Shown: positions 1 to 13,765 of the stretch, one piece after another | How positions within the stretch are numbered: position 1 is the first letter of the stretch | How the letters are laid out: each line of letters begins with the position of its first letter | Assembly: GCA_043228905.1 (NCBI GenBank) | Contig: JBHGNT010000011.1 | Coordinates: 17,360,001-17,424,000 of the forward strand | Direction: 5' to 3' | Source of the DNA: Azolla caroliniana | Lineage: Eukaryota > Plantae > Polypodiophyta | Length of the DNA stretch: 64,000 nt | Program-made: the position numbers and the translations under genes | Notes under the pieces: model-generated | What the model saw: the letters and a program-made list of their open reading frames with translations, nothing else | Databases searched by the model: none | What the model was told of the DNA's origin: nothing

Positions 1-2
1 AA

Positions 3-772
3 GTCTCTAGCAGCAACAATGGCAATCTCGAGAATGAATACAAGAAAGGTTTGAGGCCTATACTCTGGCTAACCCCCGATTTCCCTCTTAAGACTGAAGA
101 GTTATTGCCACTTCTTGATATTTTGGCCAACAAAGTCAAAGCGGTTCGCCGTTTGAGGGAGTTGCTGACCACGAAGCTACCTTCAGGAACTTTTCCAGTG
201 AAGGTATGAGTCATCAAATTATTAAAATTTGGGCAATGTAGGCTCTTTTCAAAATGATATGAATGGAGTTTCCAAATTGAGCCATACTCTGTTTTTTCAA
301 AAGCACATTAGTGGAGCTACCAAAATTTGAGTCATGTAGTTTCTTTTCAAAATCAGACTCATATAAACTTCTTAGAGGAATCTTTTTTCAGGTGGCAATT
401 CCCATTATACCTACGATACGTGTGGTGGTCACATTCAATAAATTCGAGGAACTAGCAAATTCAGAAGAGTTTGGCACACCACTATCAAGTCCTGCCCACT
501 TCTCAGAGTCCAAAGGCAAGGAGAATAATGAGACATCTATTTCTTCATCAGGTTCATGGTTATCATGGATAAAGGGTAGTTCAAGAGATCAAACATCTTC
601 AGTTCAAGAAGATTGCATCGAAGACATTGACCCTTTTGTCATTCCTACCGACTATTCATGGATTGACTCGAAAGAGAAGAAACGACGTTCAAAGGCCAAG
701 AAGGCTAAGAACAAGAACCTCAAGAAACCCACACTGAAACCAAAAGAATTAGATGGAGAGGTTAAGGAATAA
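3..772 (+). CDS. 3' end of an ankyrin-repeat/GPCR-chaperone-domain (ANKRD13-like) gene. Last two exons are <3-203 and 392-772.
   Basis: Spliced translation ...ENEYKKGLRPILWLTPDFPLKTEELLPLLDILANKVKAVRRLRELLTTKLPSGTFPVK|VAIPIIPTIRVVVTFNKFEEL...DPFVIPTDYSW is the typical ANKRD13-family C-terminus. The GT-AG intron 204-391 is phase 0; stop TAA at 770-772. Confidence 0.88.
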
Positions 773-2599
773 ACATCTTACTTATTATTTGTTTGTTCCG
801 TGGCTGTTTTCCTTGCTATGATGCATATAGCATAATGATGTCACATTTCGTTTTTCTCGGCTTTAAAATTGTGGCATGGAGAGATGACAATTCCAGGTTA
901 TCTTCGATTTTGTACCTAGGAAAACTCTCGAAGGTGGAAAGCAACTATTCTAGGAAATATATATTTCGGTAAGATGTTCTTACCAAGTTACAATCCTCAC
1001 CCTGATGGGCAAAGAGGGGTCTTGAGTCTATTTACGCAGAAGCCCTTGGGCAAATGATGACTACCATTTGTTAATCTTATCATGTTCCATACAAACTCCT
1101 TTTTTTTTGGGTTTTTTGGTGTGGGTTCTAAAAACACCATGATGGAATGTTTGTTAGCAAGTTAGTAGGCTTGAGCAGAAAGCACATGAAAAGAATTTGT
1201 TGCACTCTGGAAACGGCAAAATGTATGGTTTTCTTTTTCTTTTTCTTTTCATGAATTGCAACTTGCTAGAAGGATTTCAGATTAGAGAAAGTGGTTATGT
1301 TTGTATCAGATGTGTGAAATACAGTTGCCAAAACAGCGTATGTATTCTTATCATATGGAAAAAACAAAGGGGAGAGTTAATATCCTTTAGTGATTAATTA
1401 AATTTGATTGTAATTTCAAAATGGAATAGCTTGATGTCTCCAGAAGTATATATAATTTTGCAGTGCTGAAGAATACTAGTCGATGCGAAAGAGTTGATGT
1501 GATGATTTTCTTGTGGGTGAAAGCTGTATCGTTGATTATTATGGAAAGGAGGTTTAGATCAGGTGTTCTAATATCATGGCATTGATGAATGGCGATCCTA
1601 GCTTTGATTCATCCTGATGCATATTTTGCTCCATATCTTAGTATATGTATCTCTCCTTCTGTATTTGATTGTTGCGTTGCCTTCTTTGTCTATTTGTTTT
1701 GCAAGTTTGAGACGTTTTTGTGAGCTGCATTTGAGGGTTCATCAACAAGTAAATATGCATGGACATTGTAGATAGAAGCGCCTTGAATAACTAATAACTA
1801 GTATAACAATTTGATTTGCAAGAAAGCACTTAGTTATTGTAGATGATTTGTAACCTTGTGACCATTGTCAAATCATAATCTCTCATAAGAAGCACTAATT
1901 TGGTTTTGAGGTTTTTGATTGCCTGCTCAATTTTGTTCAAAGTAGGACGTCTTTTGTCAACTTGAAAGAGGCATGAGAAAGAGGAATGTTGGCCAACCTC
2001 ATTGACTCTAAGTTGGGAGAGCTTGATGCAAGATCACATGAGATTCAATAATGCCTTAACGATATTAACTATATAGATAATAAAATAGACAGATGTTAAA
2101 CAATGGAAGTACACGAAACATTTTCATCACATGGCTTGGGTTCAAGAATACATAGATATGCATCTTTAGTTTCTTTGATAATACATACTCAAAATATTAG
2201 ACCAAACCCATACCTTTACCATTTGACCACAATTCTACTTGTGAATTGCGCATCATTTCCCCTTTCCAAAACACTATTTTTTTTGTATCATGTGAGTAGT
2301 GACTTTAATTTGAGATCACTTGTTATCTAACATCTCTTTGGCTTGATAAAGAAATATGCAAGAAGGTGCTTTGTTCAACCTTTACCAAACATGACACATT
2401 TGTACTTATAAATTCGAACTTTGTGTCATGATACTCACATATAGCTAGTATGTATGTTTATAACAAAGGGGATGTACGTGATGAAGCTATGAAATTCTTT
2501 ACGAAAATAGATGATGAGCAAGTCAATATGAATGCTCAGACATACATTCAAATATTATTAGCTCCACCAAATTATGATATGTGTCATGAAAGACATAAA

Positions 2600-3056
2600 T
2601 AACAATCAACAATGGTTCGGTTCGGTTCGAGAGGGTCCAAACCGAACCGTTTAATTTTTTTGAAACCTGAACCAAACCGAACCAAACAGTGAAACCGTTA
2701 AAACGAACCGTTAAACATTTTTTCAAACCGTACCGTAAAAACCGCGGTTTCGTGGTTCGGTTTCGGTTTTCAACATAGGTCAAATTTTTTATTTTTAAAA
2801 ATTTATAATATTTCATTATTTAGAATTTTTAGAATTTTAAAGATGTTCCTAAAATGTGAGAATAAGGTGTAAAAATGAAAAGATTGTTAAAAAATAAATT
2901 TTAAATTTTTTTAGAATTTTTTTAAAAATTAAAAAAATTAAAAAAATTAAAAAATAGAAACCATTAAACTGTTTAAACCGCGGTTTTTTTACTATTGAAA
3001 CCAAATTGAACCGTTAAAAAAAAGATAAACCTGAACTGAACCGTTGCCGATTGTTA
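2600..3056. mobile_element. Non-autonomous hAT-type MITE (~457 bp)
   Basis: Imperfect TIRs TAACAATCAACAATGGTTCGGTTC ... GAACTGAACCGTTGCCGATTGTTA. Many subterminal AACCG/CGGTT motifs around an AT-rich core. Flanking 8-bp direct repeat GACATAAA (2592-2599) / GACATGAA (3057-3064). Confidence 0.8.
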
Positions 3057-4310
3057 GACATGAAACCTAGGTGGTTAGTTCTTTGAACACCTTGAAAATT
3101 GGAACCCTATTTTTATTTATTGAACTAGAATGACGCCACAAAGCTTTGACATGATACAAGTAAGGAAACTTATCCAATATGCAAGAAATAAAACATTCCT
3201 CATAGGCACAATAGACATCACACTCTAGTATCTAGCCGTATTTGAATTCAAAGCTCCCAAGCACAAGCACAATTGGATTTGATTTTCTATATCAAATTTA
3301 GAAAATATATCTAAAGTTAACAAAGACGAAACCTTGAGGCCAAGGATTTTGAATTTTCAACCATTTTAAGTGGCTTGTGATTCTACACAACGTGAGGTTT
3401 ATCAAAATTATTGAGATTTTCTCAAACACGAGCTTTGTTTTGGAGAAATTGATATAATTAATTTTGCATGCAAAAGTTTTCCAATACACTCGTTAGCTTT
3501 GAGCGCATTCTAAAGCATTTTTAACAAGAATACATCATTTGTACACGATAAAGCATGACCATTGATTCCGAATGGTAACCTCTTCAATCCTTTCTTATTG
3601 GATAAACTTGTTTATCAGAATTCTCAAATTTGAACGCATGCTCTAAGGTTGTCGTCCATGATGGCCCAATTCCTCTAACTTGGGTAATCCGAGTATCCCT
3701 CGATCAATGACAAGGTTACGCAAAATTGATTCGACTTGGTAATTGAAATTTGAGGTGTCACTCGGTTGATGATTAATTCAAGGAGGATCCTCAACCTTGG
3801 TAATTGAAATGTACGTTGGTTCAATGACATGTGTAAAAAGAGGAGTATGTTGAGTAAGGGCGGGTATTGGGAGGATCAATAGACATGTTGATTGGAATGT
3901 TCCTCGATCCACAACAAGTTGGGTCGGAAAGATCCAATGGCGTGGTTATAGGAATGTCCCTCGAAACAACATTTTAGTGTGTGAGCTGGAAAATGGAGCT
4001 CGGTAGTCCCACTGGTTCTTGATCAATAGATCGATAGGAAGTGATAGGAAGAGCTCCACACACATTTGAGAGAGAGAGAGAGAGAGGTCCCAAATTCCCA
4101 ATATCGTTCAATCAGGTGTTCTTCCACACGTAATCAAATTTCCAATAACATGGGATGATTTTGCTATGCTCCATACCCAAACCCTTTTTAGAGACCCAAG
4201 GTTTGAGAACGAGACAGAGACAGAGAGACAGAGTGATCATGGATGTGGGCGGTTTTCTTCATGGAATGCTTGTGTAGTGAAAGAGCTTCTTCTTCTTTTT
4301 GTTTTGAGTA

Positions 4311-4635
4311 ATGGAAGTTCTTTCCCAATGGCAAGCTTTCCAATTCGAGTTGATCTTTTCCAAGAGAAGAGGTGGATTTGAGAAGAAGAGGAGGAAGGGC
4401 CCACTTGCTCTGTTCTGCCAAACTAATCTTCATCACAGTTATGAGGTGGGATACAGTCACACTACCAATCGAGAAAGCTATGGTGGTAGGGGAGATTGGG
4501 ATACCTATTGTTCTTCATCACTCTACCGCATCAATGATTGGGGCTACCCATACTTCACTATTGATCATCAAGGCCATGCTGTTGTCCGACCCACAGGCTC
4601 TCCAGATGGTAATATCTGTTTATCTATCTATACAC

Positions 4636-4734
<99 letters not shown>

Positions 4735-4959
4735 TTAACGTCTTCTAAAATAAAAATAGAACTTAACCTAAAGGAGTTATAGTATTGTACAAAATGTGTT
4801 ATGGTGTAACATATTCAATAAAGGACGTGACTTTGTACTAGACCTAATTTCATTTCCATCCAAGCCTCTCGAAAAGAAGTGGGAGGTCAAAGGGTTTCGG
4901 TGTGGGTGTGACCCGTGGTCCCGACGTAGAAGGTACCCCAACCATGGCTTCTAGGTGGT

Positions 4960-5026
<67 letters not shown>

Positions 5027-8000
5027 GCCATTCAGGTCAAGTATGATCTAATGGAACCAAAAGTAAAAACTTTCTATGCATTGTGTGTGGAATTGAGTAG
5101 TGACTATCAATGCTCAACAATTCTATTAATCAACCTTGCAATTGAGAGTACACGTTGTTGTGAGAGAAATATATCTAGAGATTAACTGAATTGACAATGT
5201 GTGGAAAGATAACTTGAGTGTGGTTGAAGTTGGAGCATTATATCAAAGTGTGACTTTAGACTGATGAACATGATCAACACAAAATATGAATAGGTGACGA
5301 ATCTCGTTGCTTATGCCCCAACCTGCTGTGTCACATTGAAGAGAATGTCAACTAAGTCATATGGAAACAATGGTGTGTCTGGATAGTAGAACTAAGGGAT
5401 GTATGTGGTTTTCATGTTAGGAGAAGGAAATGGTTTTGTGGTTTGGGGCAACAAATGCAATGTAAGGTGTTTCAATGTTGCAAAAATGCCTCATTCATGG
5501 AGGAATCTACTGATGCATCATGAAACAAGTGTAATGCATCCCACTTTCCAAATTATTTCTTCATTACATCTAATCAGAACTCAATATTGCACTTGTATGC
5601 ATCTTTTGAATTTTTTACTTTCATCCCATACATGTCTAGGAAGTCGATGTAAGGGCTTCTTTTTAACTTAACCATGTACTTAACGATCCTTTCCATGCCT
5701 GTGATCTCAATGGGAAGTGATTTGGTCTAAATAAGTAAGAGTGTATAATGTTTATATCTTGACTTGTGAAGCTTCATGAGAAAGTGCTATTGGACATTTT
5801 CAAACTCTTCCCAATTGGACTTCGGGATGCTACACTTAAATCCTGTAGAGAAGCACAAGTGTCACCCAAATAAGAACCCAAGATTTGGTTTCTTCTCCAT
5901 TGTACATGTGTTGAAATGCACAGTAAGGCCCTTGTCAAGCCAAAATGTCTACATGAGACAGAATATAATCTATGGGACAAGGCTGAGCCATGGTAAGGTG
6001 AACTTGCGCTCTCTTAATTTGATGACTTTTGATGATATGGTGTAAAACATAGAGTCAACTAGAAAAAGAAATAAATAAATAAAGAAAGGTATATTAACGT
6101 CTTTTAAGAGGTCAAAATGGCCTATAAAAGACCAAACAAGAGATTTCATCTTAAGTGTTGTCTCGTCTTTGAGAACAACAGATCAAAATAAATAAATGTT
6201 ACTAAGTCAAAAAAGAAAAGTAAATAAAATAAAAGGAGACTAGAATCTTGTTATCGGTACATGTAAGATTCTCAACTCAGGTATATTGTAATTTTTGTCT
6301 TTGAAAGATCTCTAGCATAGGTTGATCCAAAATGGAGAGGTCTCCGAAGCGAGGGAAGCACCTGCGATGGTGGGATATAATAGCCTTTATCTGTTGATGA
6401 CAAGGGTGGCAAAATTGTGGTCCATATGGCCGGGGTTACGTGCACGACAAATTGCCATTGCGTGATCTATTGTAACCCCTTTGTTATTGACTTGTAGCAT
6501 GAGTAGGAGTGATGGGGCTAAAGAAAGTTGTGATTGTTCTTTGTTTATGAGCTTGTGTTGTTTTACCGTTGTTCTTCAATAACTATCGTCTTTGGACATC
6601 AAATTTGACCTATGAGACCAAAAATATAATGTTCATGCAATACATGTGAAAGTGAGTAGCGACTCTTGATGTTCAAGAATTTTACTAATAAATATCACAA
6701 TTGAGAGTGCACATTGTGATTGTGAGAGAAATTTGTGCAAGGGGGTTGGCCTACAAGAATTGGGTTGCGAAAAGGTCTTGTTCACATAGCAGTATGGTGT
6801 TAGGGTGTTGGATCAAGTAGCAACAAAATCATCTTTAAGATGGTAAGAATACAATGTTCTAAGAGGGGAGATAAAAGCTCAGTAATGAATGGCCACTTCT
6901 ACTAGTGCATCAGAGGATTGACCTTCAACCTACAACCCACCAAACATCAACAAGGCACTAGTGTATACAAACATGGTCAAGTTGTCATGCACTAGCGCTT
7001 GACTGCGTCTTGTCTTCTTGAGAGTCTGTCGATGCAACTTTATCACCTATAGCAAACTCTTGAATGGCATGCTTCCATGAATTTGGCTACTTTCAAGTTT
7101 TTTTTGTACCGTTTCTTTTAGACATGGAGCTTGTTCTTATGCAAACATGCTCTAATTAATTTAAGCATGCATTTATACTTCTGCCCTTTACATGATGCTA
7201 TTCTATAATTGTTGTGTTTGTGTGATCGCCTGTTTAACAATTTTGGATGTTTCAGGAAGGACAAACTGATCGCTACAGAGTTTCTTATGAGTGTAATTGT
7301 GACTTGAATTGTAGGATCAGATGAATTAGATTTAGTTGAAATTGTGGAGGACCTGAAGAGCAGAAATATCAGTCTTCCTGTGGTAATAAGATTTTCGGAT
7401 ATTCTTCAGCATCGACTTTATGAGTTGCAGGACTGTTTTTCTCTAGCCCGAGAAAAGTTTGGTTATAAAGTAAGTTTTTTTTTTGAAATTTAAGCTACTT
7501 CAAGAATTTTCCATACTTGCATCTAGGACATCTATCGATTGATCAGACTTGGAGGATAGGACAAAAATGTTCTCTTATTTCAAATTTTAACTGCCCAATG
7601 ACGAGAAGTCATAATAATGTCCAGAATTGCCATAATGATAGTTCATTATTCTAATTACACTACAGAATGCAATTATTTAATTGATGCAAGGAGACCTGCC
7701 GCACCATGATTTGGATATGTACTACAGAGCATTCAGGAAGTCATTATGCAAAACATATGCCAAATCTTGGAAGATATTCAGGGCCCGTCTTTCTTATCTG
7801 TGGATAATTTGCACTCATAACCTTTAGGGTGTGGAAAGATAAACACAGGCATGCAAGACCGCAGTCCTAACTGGTCTCTCCCATGGGAGTGAGCCTACTA
7901 CTACAGACTCAGTGAATATCCAATCTGGAGGTTTGTAGTCCCAGAGTATATAGTCATGTACACCAAAGAAGGAACCTCTAGCCGATAGAGGTACAAAGGC

Positions 8001-11000
8001 CTTTCTTTTGCAAACCATTCTATTAGAGAGGTCAACAGACTAGACTTGCTGATTCCTGGAGAAGATTGAGGCATACCATCATTCCTAGTGTGCTATACTC
8101 TGGAGTGTATAAAACGCCAATGATGGACAAGGCCTTCAAAATATGCTTTGTAATGATTCTCTTTTACTAGTTACAACTTTATGGATATGTATTTATTCAT
8201 AGAAGTCATTCATATGCTTATTTTAGGAGCGAATATTTTTCTGAACTTTTTGGTGTTCTTGCAGAACATTTTCCAGGGTGTATTCCCTATAAAATGCAAC
8301 TATGATTGCTACTTGCTGGATAACATTGTGGATTTTGGACATAAGTTCTCATTCGGTTTAGAAGTGGGATCAAAACCCGAGCTTTTGATTGCTATTGCGA
8401 AGCTCATACGGAATAGTGATGCGTTGCTTGTGTGTAATGGATACAAGGTATGTCTTTGTTATTTTTTGTGTTTTTCTCCCCTTTGGAAAATAAATATTCT
8501 GTCATTCAATATCTCTGCAGAGAAATAGTCCGGCTTATGTATGTGGTTTAAAAAGACACAGCAGTTAATATTTGTGAAGTGGGTAGTTTTCCTCTATGTA
8601 TAAGAGTGTATGCCACCTGATTTTGATGTTTCGACTTTATGTTGTGCCATGCAATGATGCACGTATGCCCTCTCTGATACAGCCTTTTAGCACTTCAAAG
8701 ACACCATTGCCTTCTCACCTCTCTCAGAGATCTTTTGTCTAAGGTGCTGTACAACTTTCCCAAGCAGCCTCCCTGTCCCCACTTAGTGGTTCACACCCAC
8801 ACGAATCCCGTTTTACTCAAAAAAAGGCGAGAATGCCATTGATCGGTTAAAATTTGGGAAAGACCTAAGATCATGATATATTGGCATTGTGTTGATATCA
8901 CTGTTTAAATCTGGTTCTCTGGATGGACTACAAGACGTCTAAATGCATTAAAGTCATTTTACATAGGCAAATATTTGTATAATAGATCAATATAACTGTC
9001 TTCTTGGAGTAAAAGAAGGATGCTCACTGTCACCCACTATCTTCAATCTTTAAATAGATGAGATATCTAATTCCATAGAGAGTTTCGGCATGTCAAGAAC
9101 ATGCTTAGTAGGGGAGCCATACCAATATTACTATATGCAGAGGACATTATGTTGATATCTGTCTGTCCAGAGTGACGTCGAAAACATCTAAATGTTTTAA
9201 AATCATTTTGTATAGACAATGATTTGTCAGTAAACCTTGATAAAACCGAAGTAATAATATTTAACACCACTCAAGCATGGGTAACAAGATTCAAACTTGA
9301 ATTCTTCTTGAGAGAGGAAAAGGTGGCATACACAAGATTCTAAACATTTCTAGGAGTAATATTCATAGGGCCTTGGTTCCCCCCTTCAGGAGGCTGCTTG
9401 CTCTCAACTTCCTTGTGGATAATCATTGCTGGTATGCTGAAAAAACAAGAATGGTTCTAGTCACATGGCATGAATATAAATGCACTATTCATTATAGTAT
9501 AAACTGGATCGTCCACACTTGAGCATGTCTAAAGTGAAAAAGAATAGAGTGATCCAAGGTGATATCATTAAACTGGATAATGAAAGAACATAGATCAGCT
9601 CCACAACATTAGTTGATAGGAAGATGGCTTATTATAAGGCACTGTTTTGCCTCATGTAGGATGGACTTATCATCAAGCCCAGATCTGAAGATGTTTCCCT
9701 TGCTTTGGAGATCTCTCCATCTTGGATCAGCCAATGTTGCAGATCTTTTGAAGGCAAAAGTTTCAGCCTCAGTTCAAAATCTTAAGCGCTTAGCTAACTA
9801 GATTCTTTTGTATCCTATGCTTAATTATAATTATTTTGGTTTGTTGGTCTCAAAGGTTAGACAACCTTTTAAGATGTAATCTCTTTGTTTGGGCTCTTTG
9901 GCCATTTTGACCTCTTAAAAGACATTAATATATCTTTTTCCATTCTAGTTGAATGACCTTTTTAGGTATCTTCTTTCTCTCTCTCCCGCTTTCTCTAGAT
10001 TTAGCTAAATCTCAACTAGAGGTGCATAGGTCATTCCGGGCAAGAAAATAAACGAGCATGTAACACACACAAGCATGGGTAAACTGATCAGAACCAGAAT
10101 TGTTATTGGGAGAGGAAAAGGTTGCGTACACATGATCCATACATAGGACCCAAGATTCTTCTCATGGAAGGCTGCTTGTGCTCAACTTTCTCATGGATCG
10201 GCAGCCCATGGTGACTTTGAAAGACACTGTGCTTGTATCTAGTTTCAAGAACCACAAAGAATATTGTCGTTTAATACATTTGTAACATCTACGCTTCTCT
10301 ATAGTGTAGAAGTTTGGGAATACGACCTCATAGGGCACAATGTTGGAGAGGTTTGGAGAAACCTTTAGTCTTGATGACTGTCCTCATCACAAGGAGAAAA
10401 GAATGAATGTGCAACTTTCTCGTGGATATGCAGACCTTGATGTGCTTGAAAGGCAATGTGCATGTATATAGTTCCAGGAACTACAAACAATATTGTGGTT
10501 TAATACATCATAATTCTGGCACTTCTCTATGGGGTAAAAACTTGGGGGCTAATTCCTGAATGATCATAAAATTATAGAGATTTGGAGAGGATAGAATATG
10601 TAGACCAACCATGTGTGAGATTGATCCTGCTGGAAGCCAAGAGACATAGAAGTTGTCGAAGGACTATAATAGAGTCACAAAACCTCATCAACATTGACCA
10701 TGGAAATCTTTTTAAAGCTTCAATGCTCCTTGGGCTACAAGTCAACCAAGGGCTACACAAGTAGGGTCTCGACTACAACATTTGAAATGGGTTACAATAG
10801 ATCAGGCAATAGCAATTTGTCATGCATTTAGGCTCGTCCATTTGGACTTCAACCTGTCATGCTTGTTATCAACAAATCTAGGCCATCCCTCGTTTCCAAG
10901 ACCTCTCTATCTTAGATCAACCCATGTCAGAGAACTTTTGAAGGTTGAAGTTGTAATCCATCTAAACTTCAAACATTTAATTGCTTAGCTAATGAAAATA

Positions 11001-13765
11001 TTTGGTAATTTAGTTATATTTGTTCTGATTTGTTCTACAAGATGAGAGAAACCTTGAATTGAATTGGTCAGTCTCACAGGCTATTTTGACCTCTTAAAAT
11101 ATGTTAATATACATTTCTTTCTTCTTTATTGACATGATCTCTATTTCTTCCCTTTTTTTCTTTCTTAAATTTCTGTCACAGGGATTTAGCTGAATATTGT
11201 GATCCAAAGTTCAATTATGACATTCTTATTCACAGATTTATGTACATTCTTCTTTTCCAGGACATTGTATATATTGAGACTGTCTTATTTGCAAGGAAGC
11301 TTAAGATTAATGCGATAGTCGTTCTTGAACAGGTGATATACATGGTCTTCAAACTTAAGTTTCTTGTCGTTTGAGTTTGCTTGATCGTTGATATGTCAGG
11401 TGATTGGTTGTTATTTGGATTAGATCAAGGAACTAGATTTGGTGATCAAAGCTAGTCAAATCCTGAGTGTAAGGCCAGTAATTGGTGTCAGGGCTAGATT
11501 AAGCACTCATCACACTGGCCATTGGGGTTCAACATCAGGTGATAATGGGAAATTTGGACTTACAATTAGTGATATTATCAAAGTAGTTCATCAATTGAAA
11601 CAGGTAGGACATCAAATTTTAGAAAGTTACTTTCTGGATGATCTTATGTAAAGTTCATTTATCTCAGCAAACAATATTTTTAGATTGTTTGGTTTCCCAA
11701 CTTATAGGAGGGCATGCTGGACTGTCTTCAGCTTCTTCATTTTCATATTGGCTCTCAAGTATCATGCATATCTACAATTAAGGAAGCAATGCGTGAAGCA
11801 AGTCACATTTACTGTGAATTAGCATTGATGGGCGCTGCTATGGTGAGTTTTAAGTTATCTTTCCTTCCCAGGTAACTAAAGTTTTGAAAACTAATTAAAT
11901 TCTGTAATTTTGGTTCACTCTTATATGCCTGCAACAAAATATATAAGTGTGATATACTTCCCTGAGCTTCTCTGAATGTGTTGCAAGGAATAAAACATAT
12001 TGCTTCCTAATAATTCAAGAAAATGTAGTAGTGGGAAATGCTTACCTAAACTCTTTATAATGTGTTGCAAGGAATAAAACATATTGCTTCCTAATAATTC
12101 AAGAAAATGTAGTAGTGGGAAATGCTTACCTAAACTCTTTATAATGTGTTGCATGAAATAAAGAAATAACCTACCGACCTAAAGATGTTTATGTAAACCA
12201 AATACATGTATGTTTTCTCCATGTATCAACATAAATTGTATTTTGGTTCATGGCTTCCATTCCAGGGATATATTGATGTAGGTGGTGGACTTGGTATAGA
12301 TTATAATGGTACAAAGAGTGCATCTCCTGCATCGACAAATTACAGTATGCAGGTAATTATGGGCCGACATGAAAATCTTTATTTTTCAGTAACTTCTGAC
12401 ACTGCTTGCATGTTTTATTGATCGCAGAATTATGCCAATGATGTTGTTGCAGCAATTGTGGATGCATGTATTTTAAAAGGTGTACCTCATCCAATCATTG
12501 TATCAGAGAGTGGCAGAGCTTTAGCATCCCATCAGTCTGTTCTTGTGTTTGATGTCCTTGGTGCCACCCTACGCTCAGGGAAAACATCATTAGTAAAACT
12601 AAAGGATTTAGAGAAGGATAGGAGCTCTAATGGAGCCTCAACAAATGGAACTCATGATCCTGGAACTTATCTTATCTCGACATTCCGTGAAGTATATGAT
12701 GGTTTGGATGAGAGAAACTTACAAGAGGCATATAATGATTCAAAACAATTCAAAATGGAGGCTGCCAGGCTGTTTAAGCTCGGTTGCCTAAGCCTTGAAC
12801 AACGTGCACAAGCAGATGCAATCTATGATGCAATATGCCATCGAGTTCTCTTATCGTTTGAACAAATGCAACTTCCAGATGAAATGACTAACTTGAAGAG
12901 ATCCTTTTCTGCTGTATACCACATCAATTTGTCTATTTTTCGTAGTGTCCCTGATGCGTGGGCCATTGGGCAAATTTTCCCCATTATGCCATTGCACAGG
13001 CTCAATGAAAGGCCAAAACTACAGGCTGTGTTAGCTGATCTGACATGTGATAGTGATGGGAAAATAGACTACTTCATTGGTAGTAAGGAAACGGCTGAGA
13101 CTGTGCTCCCTGTTCATGAGCTGCACCCTGGTGAGCCATACTATATGGGCCTCTTCTTGGCTGGTGTTTACCAGGTCAGCAATCTTAGTTGTATTATGCA
13201 TAAACAATGTTTGTGGTATAATAAAAAAGAGACGAAAACACCAAAATGCTCGTTTTTTGAAAATTTATCCCGAGGTTTCAAAAGTTTCCAGAATACCCTT
13301 ATGCAGTATAAATTTTCTACTACAGATGGATATTTTGGTAAATTTTGAAAACTTACAGCCAATCTGATAAACACCCAACAATGAAGAAGAAAATATGTAT
13401 TTGTAAAACGATGATTATATTTTTGTTTTCTAATTTGTTTTGAGAACATGCAGGAGGTTATGGGGAGTGCACACAATCTATTTGGTGCCACTAATGTTGT
13501 TTACATTAAAGCGAAGCCTGATATTGTTGATGGGGATGCTCGTGGGAAAACGAAAAGGTATGTTGTTGAACATGTGAAATGGGGAGACTCAATGAGAGAG
13601 ATTTTGGAGACAGCGCATGGCCGTGGTGGGGCTGACAGTCTTTTGAATGAGTTCCGAGAGAACGTGGATTATTGTATTTCTTCTGGCAATTTGACCCAGA
13701 TTGCAGCACAGGCACTAGTAGTAAATTATGAATCCTGTCTCAACTCATATACATATCTAACATGA
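4311..13765 (+). CDS. ADC: Arginine decarboxylase (PLP-dependent, SpeA/ADC), 9 exons: 4311-4608, 7315-7469, 8265-8447, 11261-11332, 11424-11603, 11708-11842, 12266-12352, 12428-13174, 13454-13765 (~722 aa; start codon uncertain)
   Basis: All 8 introns are GT-AG and keep frame. Motifs: [34 protein letters not shown] (PLP lysine), [89 protein letters not shown]. Confidence 0.95.
4638..5018 (-). mobile_element. Short dispersed non-LTR-like element embedded between two long (GA)n microsatellites in ADC intron 1
   Basis: (GA)n runs at 4638-4732 and ~4963-5018. The segment 4830-4963 is the reverse complement of 21574-21707. Both copies have ATTAACGTCTTCTAA directly abutting the microsatellite. Confidence 0.65.
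6060..6290 (-). mobile_element. 3' end remnant of the intronic LINE family
   Basis: ATTAACGTCTTTTAAGAGGTCAAAATGGCC (~6093) is the reverse complement of the LINE 3' ends at ~9900 and ~11080. Confidence 0.55.
9060..11150 (+). mobile_element. Decayed non-LTR retrotransposon (LINE) fragments in ADC intron 3; at least two 3' ends
   Basis: RT-like translation [48 protein letters not shown] (YADD region) at ~9125-9290. Repeated 3' termini GGCCATTTTGACCTCTTAAAAGACATTAAT at ~9900 and ~11080, each followed by a pyrimidine tail. Confidence 0.7.
11975..12153. repeat. Perfect 84-bp tandem duplication in ADC intron 6
   Basis: AATGTGTTGCAAGGAATAAAAC...CTCTTTAT occurs at 11975 and 12059, with a partial third copy at 12143. 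Confidence 0.95.

Noticed and set aside
4372-4782. ORFs with long ER/RE or SL dipeptide runs (also ~21800, ~35800, ~46100)
   Set aside because: These are translations of (GA)n/(CT)n microsatellites.
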